Virus record (IMG/VR): IMGVR_UViG_3300020042_009962
From: an uncultured virus (IMG/VR IMGVR_UViG_3300020042_009962)
Lineage: Duplodnaviria > Heunggongvirae > Uroviricota > Caudoviricetes
DNA length: 64,000 bases
Direction: 5' to 3' (one strand)
The notes below the pieces were generated by a model that was not told where the DNA came from, did no database searches, and saw only the letters and a list, made by a program, of their open reading frames with translations. This document shows, piece by piece, positions 56,790-64,000 of the stretch; the first letter of the stretch is position 1; each line of letters opens with the position of its first letter. Made by a program: the position numbers and the translations under genes.

Positions 56790-59510
56790 ATGTCAGGAGT
56801 AGCAGGAGGAAATAGAATAGAAAGAGGGGATGTACAAGCTACATTCAACAAATACGTAGAAGAAGTTCTAAGTAAAGTACCAGGCTATAAGAAAGCCTCT
56901 CTATCTGGGTCTGTTAAAGCAGGAACAAAAGCTGACTTTGGAGACTTAGATATTATTGTTTGGTTTGAAGGAGATGATAAGAGAGAAGTTAAACAAAGAC
57001 TTATCGATGCAGCTTTAGCTCTACCGCAGAACATAATTGTACCTTTTAAATCAGAGAAATATACCGGAAGAAGATACTATAACTCAGGAGAACTAATCTC
57101 TGTACTTTATCCAATTGTAGGAAAGGAAGATCAATACATTCAGGTCGATAATATCATATCTCTTACAGAAGAAGAACATGCATTCAAAGGATCATTCCTA
57201 GACTTACCAGCTGAAAAGCAAGGGTTATTAATAGGACTAGCAAAAGTAATACTACTTGAACAAGACCCACAAGATGTATTTAGAAGAATGGGTATTTCAA
57301 ATATACCTAATCTAGAAAAAGGTGAAGAGTTTGAATTTAACTTATCATCAGTAAAGCTGTCTTTAAGAAAAGTAAAACTAGAAAACTTTAGAGAAATAGC
57401 AAGAGAAGAAGTATGGTCAACAACAGCTTGGGGGACTATTAAGATACTATTTAAAGGATTTAACATAGACGGTTCTTTTGAAGACCTATTAGATGATATT
57501 GCTAAAAAACTTACAAATGCTAGATCTAAAAATAGAATAGCAGGTATTTTTAAATCAATGGTATCTGTTAAATCAGGAGAAGTTGGAACAGCTAAAGGAA
57601 AAGGGAAAGAAGATGCACTAGAAAAAGTAGCACAAACACTTGCAGAAGCATTGGATGATGGATCTGAAGTAGTAGCGCTTTATGCTGGAGGATTTAAACC
57701 ACCGCATTTAGCTCACTTTGAGAATGCTAAATTTTTATCCACTCAAGCAGATAAGATTATAGTCTTTATCGGACCAAAAATTAGAGAAGGAGTAAAAATT
57801 ACAGCAGAACAATCAAAAGCAATTTGGGAAATCTATGCAAAATACATAAATGTACCAGTAGAGATTCAAATTAGTAGAGTAACACCAGTATTAGACATCT
57901 ACGAATGGATTGATGCAAATCAAGATAAAGTAACTAAGATTATTACTGGAGCTATGGCTGATGAAATGGGTAAGTTTACAGGTATAGAAAAAAGAAAAAC
58001 AAAAGGTACTTATAAGAACGTAGAAATAAAAGAACTTCCTGTCATTGTAGACAAAGAAGATAGTAAATTCTCAGCAACTGATATTAGAAAATCAGAACAG
58101 TTCTTATTATCTGGCAAATGGATGCCAAAAGTAGTATCAAAAGAAGATAAGCAAGCAATTCTAGATATCATAACTCCTCAACAAGAAGATTCAGTAGAAG
58201 ATAAAATGTTAACCGCAGTAGATAACGTATTTGAAAGCTTCTTCCCAAAGAAAATTAAGAAAGAAGTAATAGAAGAAGGGTCAAGAGGAACACCTATTCA
58301 ACCATCAGGAGCTATTCCATCAAAGGATAGAGAAGATTTAATGCACCTCTTTAATCAACTAAGATCAACCATTAATTCAGACAAATATATAGTAGTATTT
58401 GAGCAAGATAGAATAGGAGTATACATAAAAACGTATGCAGATGTAAGCTTTGACCAAACACCTCAACAAAAGAGGTTACCAGAAGGAGTAGAGCAAGAAA
58501 AATTCGACTATACACCGTACATAGGATCTCTTTTAGAGTATATGTTAGATCAGAAGATGAATATTACACCGTTACCGGAAGTAAAAATCAGATATGACGA
58601 AGAACAAGCAAACGATTTCTTCGGTAAAACAGCCTACTATGATCCAAATAAGCAAGAAGTAGTATTATATGTAATGAATAGACATCCAAAAGATGTCTGT
58701 AGGTCATTCTCTCATGAGATGATTCATCATATGCAAAATATAGAAGGAAGACTTCAGGGATTAGCAGCTACTACCAATACAAATGAAGACGATTACTTAC
58801 AGGAAATAGAAAAAGAAGCTTACCTAAAGGGTAATATTACATTTAGAAACTGGGAAGACGGATTAAAAAATAATAAAGAGGTTATGGCAGAAGGAAGATA
58901 CGATAAAATTAGTAATCAAGCATCATCAGACTTGTTTAGAGGCTGGAAAGAAGCATTTGATGCAGGAGAAAAGAGTATAGGATTTGAAGAAACTTATTCA
59001 AATGGAGATGTAGAATTTGATGTAGAAGGTACTTTAGTGCTAACACCAGGTACAGGTAAGATGGAAGTCTTAGAAAGTACAGGAGCAGGATTTGACGATG
59101 ATGGAGATTTTATTATAGTAGATATTGCTATTGATCCAGAACTATTACCAAGCTTTTGGGAAGAGATTTCAATGACTTTAAAAGATCTTTTCAGACATGA
59201 AATTGAACACCTAACACACAATAAAGGAGGAGTATCTACAAATCCTTCTAAAGTAATGAGAGGTGATTTAGCTAAAAGAGATAAGATAAGAGCAGGAGAA
59301 AAACCAATAGGAGATTATTTCAAGCTTAAAAAAGAAATAGACGCAAACCTACAAGGAATGTACTTTAGAGCTAAGAAAGAAAAAAGACCATTTGCAGATG
59401 TTGTAAATAGTTACTTAGATGCTCAAAACATTACACCTCAAGAAAGAGAGGAAATACTTATACTATGGCGTAACAGACTTCCTGCACTAGGATTAAAACA
59501 AACATTCTAA
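56790..59510 (+). CDS. multidomain protein: Pol-beta-like NTase, HIGH-type cytidylyl/adenylyltransferase and two HExxH modules
   Basis: SGSVKAGTKADFGDLDII, IQVD; YAGGFKPPHLAH...FSATDIR; SFSHEMIHHMQ...EKEAY; LFRHEIEHLTH...EIDA. Confidence 0.75.
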   Translation: MSGVAGGNRIERGDVQATFNKYVEEVLSKVPGYKKASLSGSVKAGTKADFGDLDIIVWFEGDDKREVKQRLIDAALALPQNIIVPFKSEKYTGRRYYNSGELISVLYPIVGKEDQYIQVDNIISLTEEEHAFKGSFLDLPAEKQGLLIGLAKVILLEQDPQDVFRRMGISNIPNLEKGEEFEFNLSSVKLSLRKVKLENFREIAREEVWSTTAWGTIKILFKGFNIDGSFEDLLDDIAKKLTNARSKNRIAGIFKSMVSVKSGEVGTAKGKGKEDALEKVAQTLAEALDDGSEVVALYAGGFKPPHLAHFENAKFLSTQADKIIVFIGPKIREGVKITAEQSKAIWEIYAKYINVPVEIQISRVTPVLDIYEWIDANQDKVTKIITGAMADEMGKFTGIEKRKTKGTYKNVEIKELPVIVDKEDSKFSATDIRKSEQFLLSGKWMPKVVSKEDKQAILDIITPQQEDSVEDKMLTAVDNVFESFFPKKIKKEVIEEGSRGTPIQPSGAIPSKDREDLMHLFNQLRSTINSDKYIVVFEQDRIGVYIKTYADVSFDQTPQQKRLPEGVEQEKFDYTPYIGSLLEYMLDQKMNITPLPEVKIRYDEEQANDFFGKTAYYDPNKQEVVLYVMNRHPKDVCRSFSHEMIHHMQNIEGRLQGLAATTNTNEDDYLQEIEKEAYLKGNITFRNWEDGLKNNKEVMAEGRYDKISNQASSDLFRGWKEAFDAGEKSIGFEETYSNGDVEFDVEGTLVLTPGTGKMEVLESTGAGFDDDGDFIIVDIAIDPELLPSFWEEISMTLKDLFRHEIEHLTHNKGGVSTNPSKVMRGDLAKRDKIRAGEKPIGDYFKLKKEIDANLQGMYFRAKKEKRPFADVVNSYLDAQNITPQEREEILILWRNRLPALGLKQTF

Positions 59511-59523
59511 AAATAAAAAGGTT

Positions 59524-60111
59524 ATGGGAAATTTAATAGACTTATTACTAGAAGAATCAGACTTCATACCAAAATATCAGATATACTGTGATATGGATGG
59601 AGTATTAACAGACTTTGAAAAGAGATTTGTTACACTACTACAGCAAGAGGGTCCAAAATACTACTCAAAAGCAACAATTGCTCAAGTAACAAGACCTAAA
59701 CACTTTGATAAACTAGAAGGAACAGAAGAGTTTTGGAAGTTTATAGATCAGTACATAGGATTAGAGTTTTGGTCAGAAATGGAATGGATGCCAAATGGTA
59801 GAGGGTTATGGAACTTCATACAACCATACGGACCAAAGCTACTTACTTCACCGTCTGAAGACAACACCTCAAGACTTGGTAAAAGATTATGGGTAAAAGA
59901 AAACCTAGTACCTGCCCCTGAAGTCTTATTTAGGTTTGGAGATGCTAAGTCGGATTTTGCAAATGAAAATGCTATATTAATAGACGATAAGCCTTCCAAC
60001 CTCGCTGCATTTTCTGCTAAAGGAGGAATAGCAATAGAGGTAAAAGACGGAGAAATACAATCGGTTATTAATAAATTAAAACAACTTGGTTATGGGCGAG
60101 AGCTTACTTAA
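59524..60111 (+). CDS. HAD-family 5'(3')-nucleotidase-like protein
   Basis: IYCDMDGVLTDF, LLTSP, K..WV, ILIDDKPSN. Confidence 0.85.
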   Translation: MGNLIDLLLEESDFIPKYQIYCDMDGVLTDFEKRFVTLLQQEGPKYYSKATIAQVTRPKHFDKLEGTEEFWKFIDQYIGLEFWSEMEWMPNGRGLWNFIQPYGPKLLTSPSEDNTSRLGKRLWVKENLVPAPEVLFRFGDAKSDFANENAILIDDKPSNLAAFSAKGGIAIEVKDGEIQSVINKLKQLGYGRELT

Positions 60112-60670
60112 AAAAGAATTCAAATCAAAAGACGTAAATAGAGCTAGAAATTTAGTTAATAAAGACTTTAGTGCAAAAACTGTAGACGGGATAGGATACT
60201 CTAAAGCACAAGCTGCTTATAAAGAAGGAGATATCTGGGAAGAAAGTGGAAGAACTTGGACTATTAAAGATGGATTAAGACAAAATATTACAAAATTAGA
60301 CTCAGCAAAAAAAGCTTTACAAATACCTTTAGCATGTCCAAAATGTAAAGGCACTATGAACTATTATCTTAGTCAAAAAATGTATAAGATACATAAAATG
60401 TGCTTTGATTGTGTGATTGATTATGAAGCAGAATTAAGAAAAGCAGGCCTGTATGAATCATATGAAAAGAATATGATGCAAGGAAGTCTTAAAGCCTTTG
60501 CAAGAGATGTTGAACAGTGGGTACTGGATACATTAGAGACAACTAATAGCTTTGTAACTGAACAAGGAGACTTAGAAGACTGGAATAGTAATGATTCAAA
60601 ATTTAAAGAACAATTAAACAGTAATCTTCAAGAATACTTAAAGCATATAAAAAGTCATATAGAAGAGTAA
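60092..60670 (+). CDS. zinc-finger hypothetical protein
   Basis: KEGDIWEE.GRTWTIKDG; CPKC...CFDC. Confidence 0.7.
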   Translation: MGESLLKKEFKSKDVNRARNLVNKDFSAKTVDGIGYSKAQAAYKEGDIWEESGRTWTIKDGLRQNITKLDSAKKALQIPLACPKCKGTMNYYLSQKMYKIHKMCFDCVIDYEAELRKAGLYESYEKNMMQGSLKAFARDVEQWVLDTLETTNSFVTEQGDLEDWNSNDSKFKEQLNSNLQEYLKHIKSHIEE

Positions 60671-60718
60671 TAAGTTTTTGTTACTATTTATTTTTAAACA
60701 GTAAATAGTATTTGACTT

Positions 60719-60856
60719 ATGGCAAAAGCAGCACAATCCTCAGTTAAAGTAGAGAGACCTAAAGTATCTAGACCTGGAGTTCATGCAAAATCTAAAACTT
60801 CAAAATTGAAGAGTTCTAAGAACTATAAAAAACTTTATAATGGACAAGGGAAGTAG
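60719..60856 (+). CDS. small basic protein (45 aa)
   Basis: MAKAAQSSVKVERPKVSRPGVHAKSKTSKLKSSKNYKKLYNGQGK*, behind TATTTAT. Confidence 0.6.
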   Translation: MAKAAQSSVKVERPKVSRPGVHAKSKTSKLKSSKNYKKLYNGQGK

Positions 60857-61079
60857 TAAAAAATTAAAACAATTACTACAAGAAGCAGATAACCCTCAAG
60901 CAGGTAAAGCAGCACCTTATGGTTCAGGATATGCAAAGGTAAAACAAGCAATTCATGAACTTGTAAAAGAAGTTCTTTCAGAAAAAGTAAAAGGCGTTGA
61001 CGGTAAAGCTTGTTGGAAGGGATACAGATATGCTGGTACTAAAGATGGAAAAGACATCTGTGTAAAAATTACAAAATAA
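60840..61079 (+). CDS. small probable virion-internal protein
   Basis: LKQLLQE, LVKEVLSE, ACWKGY...CVK modules. Confidence 0.55.
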   Translation: MDKGSSKKLKQLLQEADNPQAGKAAPYGSGYAKVKQAIHELVKEVLSEKVKGVDGKACWKGYRYAGTKDGKDICVKITK

Positions 61080-61080
61080 T

Positions 61081-61434
61081 ATGAAGCTACTACAACTATT
61101 AAAAGAAGCAAAAGAGGTATTAGAAGACTTCGCTAAAACCAGAGGAGAAGGTGCAGCTAAAATAGCATCAAATGCTCAAGAAAAAGGAGGACTTGCTTTA
61201 CTAACCTGGCATCATTTTAAAGTAAAAGCTCCGTATTATAAAAAAGCTTCTGAAGGAAAGCTTGACATGGAACAAGCAAAGAAAGAGTTTGAAGAGACCT
61301 ATAAAAAGATCTCTCTAGATATGTCTCAAATTGAATTTCAAAGAGAGGTAGGAAGACTGGAAGTATTAGGAGAATTGTTAATAAAGAAGAATAATGTCAA
61401 CACTAAATACATCCATACCCCATTTCTATGCTAA
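61081..61434 (+). CDS. probable virion-internal protein
   Basis: MKLLQLLKE leader. Confidence 0.6.
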   Translation: MKLLQLLKEAKEVLEDFAKTRGEGAAKIASNAQEKGGLALLTWHHFKVKAPYYKKASEGKLDMEQAKKEFEETYKKISLDMSQIEFQREVGRLEVLGELLIKKNNVNTKYIHTPFLC

Positions 61435-62038
61435 GATGAGAATAGAACATCTCTACCAGCATGACGGGAGAGAAGGTATGCAAGATGTAATAGTATTTGG
61501 AGCACAATCTGTAGGAGGAAGAGCTCTTACCTTCCATATAATGACTGATGAAGGAGCTGTTAGATCAAGAGTTCCAATTCATATGCTTGCTTGGAAAGAT
61601 GATGCACCAAAAATGGCTTTAGACCATTTACAATTATGGGATTGTTTTGGACATGAAGTATCATGCACAGTTTACGATTATTTACTCCAATCAAGAGTAA
61701 AAGCAATATTTAAAGACGGAAGTAAAGAGTGGGGTAACTATATCATGACCTTTGATTGGTATAATAATCCATATTCTAACGAACCAACACAATATAAAGC
61801 AGCACATCTAATTAAATTAGATAACGGAAACTTTACTCTTCAACCTAATAATAGATTAATGTGGAGAGATATGTCTTTTGTAACTCAACCATTCCCTGAA
61901 AAACCGGATTGGATGATTGATAATAAAGAATGGTTCTGCGAATCAGTTTCCGATAAATGGACAATGGAAAAAGGTAATGAAAATATTTACTACTACACTT
62001 TAGAAAATGAAAAAAAGTCAGATAAGAGAAATAGTTAA
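61394..62038 (+). CDS. conserved phage hypothetical protein
   Basis: LNTSIP, LQLWDCF, YIMTFDW, LDNGNF.LQPNNR. Confidence 0.7.
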   Translation: MSTLNTSIPHFYAKMRIEHLYQHDGREGMQDVIVFGAQSVGGRALTFHIMTDEGAVRSRVPIHMLAWKDDAPKMALDHLQLWDCFGHEVSCTVYDYLLQSRVKAIFKDGSKEWGNYIMTFDWYNNPYSNEPTQYKAAHLIKLDNGNFTLQPNNRLMWRDMSFVTQPFPEKPDWMIDNKEWFCESVSDKWTMEKGNENIYYYTLENEKKSDKRNS

Positions 62039-62552
62039 AGAAGCTATAGAAGAAAGTCTTTGGGATAACATAAATGCTAAGCGAAAAAGTGGTAGAAAAC
62101 CTGCAAGAAAAGGAAGTAAAGCTTATAAAGCAGCAGTAGCAGCAGGAAAGAAGTTAATGGAATTAGATGCTTCAACACCTGCTCCTAATGAAATACCAGG
62201 AGGACTAGCTCAGCTTTCTACTATCGGAGATCTAGCTACAATGCATAATCTTCCTCTAGATCAAATTATAAAGCAGATAATAAAAGGAGTTAAAGCAGAG
62301 TCAGAACATACAACAGATTTAGATATTGCTATGGAAATAGCTTTTGATCATGTGTATGAAGATCCTAAATATTACGATAAATTAGCTAATATAGAGGAAG
62401 GTAAACACGATCCAGTAGAACCAGGTATTTTAAAAAAAAGGTTAGGTAAACTTACATGTTCGAAAGTAAGAGCAGCAAAAGCAGGACTAGAGGATAAAGG
62501 TACTCACTATGCAAAAGCATTGCAGAGATACTTAAATTACCACTGTCAGTAA
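62007..62552 (+). CDS. modular virion-type protein with DUF5661-like segment
   Basis: MKKSQIREIVKEAIEE; LWDNINAKR; GVKAESEHTTD..IAMEIAFDHVYEDPKYYDKL. Confidence 0.7.
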   Translation: MKKSQIREIVKEAIEESLWDNINAKRKSGRKPARKGSKAYKAAVAAGKKLMELDASTPAPNEIPGGLAQLSTIGDLATMHNLPLDQIIKQIIKGVKAESEHTTDLDIAMEIAFDHVYEDPKYYDKLANIEEGKHDPVEPGILKKRLGKLTCSKVRAAKAGLEDKGTHYAKALQRYLNYHCQ

Positions 62553-62562
62553 GAAAATTACC

Positions 62563-62603
62563 TATTTATTTGTATGTACGAGTAAAAATAACTATCTTTA
62601 GAT
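62563..62603 (+). promoter_or_regulatory. overlapping TATTTAT motif and TTTG-N20-TATCTTTAG promoter
   Basis: TATTTAT 62563; TTTG 62569; TATCTTTAGAT 62593. Confidence 0.6.
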
Positions 62604-62611
62604 AATATAAT

Positions 62612-64000
62612 ATGAAGAAATTAGTAAGAATAGTAGAAGCAGGAGAAAAGACAGCATTTATCCAGACTTCAAAAGGTGAGAAGAAAACGATCGAATATAA
62701 AAAAGACGATGAACTTACAGGTTTGAAAGATAATCAAGATATTGCAAAAATTGATACTGCAGATGGTAAGAGAATAAAAGAAGAAGTAAGAAAATATACT
62801 ACTCAAGAATCAGCAGCCGTAGGAAAAGTAGTAGCTAAATCTCTTGTAAAAGTTCTTAGAGCTCAAGGAGATGAAATCTCAAAGTTAAGACTTACAGGAA
62901 TAGGGGTTGATAAATTTAATATCCACGTTGAATATGGAAATGAAAAAGGAGTAGATACTTTTAAATTTGATCTTAACCCAGAAGGAACTACTATTGTATT
63001 AGATTTAGGAAACGAGCCAGTAGAACTAGTAGACTTCGTAATAACACAAGGAAATACTGTTTCTATGCCGACTCCTGAACTAGAAGATAAACTAAGTGAT
63101 GCAATGAAAAAGTATGTAGGAGAACCTACAGACATCGAGTATGACAATATGGCAGCAATGCAAACACCAAGAGATCCTTCACAGTTAAGTAAGAATATTG
63201 CAGAAGACGATCACTTAGAGTCAGACGATGAATCTTCAATGGCAAAAGCACAATTAAGATCTATTCAATCAAACGCAAGTAAGATGATGGACTTATTAGG
63301 AGATGATGATCAATTAGATGCATGGGTTCAATCTAAACTAACAAAAGCAGAAGATTACCTAGACGCAGTAGCAGGGTATACAGAATCAGAAAAGCACCAA
63401 GATCAAGAGACTAGGATAGTTGCATTAGCATTAAATGAAAAAAAAGCAACGTATTGCGGAAGATGTGGACATACCCATGTTAAAGGAACACCTTGTCCAA
63501 GACCTTTTAAAGAAGGCGTAGTAGATGAAAAATTAGATGCAGTTGGAAAAGAGGATGACGATATTAATAATGATGGAAAGGTCGATAAGACAGATAAGTA
63601 CTTAAAAAATAGAAGAAATACTATTTCTAAAAAAATAACTAAAGAGGAAATAAGAGAGTTAATGCTAGAGGCATACATAGAGGTTCTTAGAGAAGAAGAA
63701 GGAGCAGTATTAGAAACATCTACAGATCAAATACTAGGGAAATTTCCTACAGTAAAGAAAGCAATAACATCTCTATTCACAAGAGAATATCCAGAATTTG
63801 TAACAGATGTAAGATGGGTAGCACCAAAACCTTCCACATTTGCAGTTGATCTTAAAAACGGTCAATCATTTAATTTAAAATGGATGGGTAAAGGATTTGA
63901 AGCACAAATAGAAGGTAAAAAATACTATCTAGATACTCTACAAGACTATCAACAAGCTTTAGATAAAATAAACGATATTCTTAAAAACGGGCCAATCTCC
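62612..64000 (+). CDS. large modular virion-type protein, truncated by the window end (absent from ORF track)
   Basis: [13 protein letters not shown]...SSMAKAQL...[16 protein letters not shown]...CGRCGHTH...[28 protein letters not shown] (EF-hand-like); open to 64000. Confidence 0.8.
   Translation, partial: MKKLVRIVEAGEKTAFIQTSKGEKKTIEYKKDDELTGLKDNQDIAKIDTADGKRIKEEVRKYTTQESAAVGKVVAKSLVKVLRAQGDEISKLRLTGIGVDKFNIHVEYGNEKGVDTFKFDLNPEGTTIVLDLGNEPVELVDFVITQGNTVSMPTPELEDKLSDAMKKYVGEPTDIEYDNMAAMQTPRDPSQLSKNIAEDDHLESDDESSMAKAQLRSIQSNASKMMDLLGDDDQLDAWVQSKLTKAEDYLDAVAGYTESEKHQDQETRIVALALNEKKATYCGRCGHTHVKGTPCPRPFKEGVVDEKLDAVGKEDDDINNDGKVDKTDKYLKNRRNTISKKITKEEIRELMLEAYIEVLREEEGAVLETSTDQILGKFPTVKKAITSLFTREYPEFVTDVRWVAPKPSTFAVDLKNGQSFNLKWMGKGFEAQIEGKKYYLDTLQDYQQALDKINDILKNGPIS

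Noticed and set aside
3783..63678. Minus-strand and nested alternative-frame ORFs in the track (e.g. 3783..4142, 14600..15028, 48342..48740, 62863..63147)
   Set aside because: They are shadows of well-supported + strand genes, with low-complexity S/L/F-rich translations and no motifs.

Overview
The window is part of a large AT-rich lytic phage genome (T4-like contractile-tail organisation). Essentially all genes are on the + strand and read cleanly in genetic code 11. About 24 promoters of the form TTG-N20-TAnnTT(T/A)(A/C) resemble the Bacteroidota -33/-7 promoter, so a Bacteroidota host is inferred. Layout: (1) 1-11.0 kb, a sugar-modification island (many glycosyltransferases, two NDP-sugar epimerases, a STELLO/DUF288-like protein, an FkbM methyltransferase) whose first GT2 gene is split by an apparent inversion. 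(2) 11-17.4 kb, small genes including a DksA/TraR-like zinc finger, DUF932 and methylglyoxal synthase. (3) 17.4-18.6 kb, a mostly non-coding block with 12-bp and 18-bp tandem arrays and a leftward promoter (candidate origin). (4) 18.6-23.75 kb, an array of small-gene cassettes, each behind a near-identical promoter/leader repeat, several with a hairpin built into the promoter. (5) 23.75-24.15 kb, a candidate structured antisense RNA. (6) 24-28 kb, GIY-YIG protein, lipoprotein, HD hydrolase and gp55-like late sigma factor. (7) 28-51 kb, baseplate and tail-fibre genes. (8) 51-64 kb, primase, exonuclease, two Pol-beta-like nucleotidyltransferases, a HAD nucleotidase, a mini-kinase and many probable capsid-internal proteins built from modules separated by [ILM]-x-E motifs. 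All functional calls come from motifs read by eye; no searches were run.
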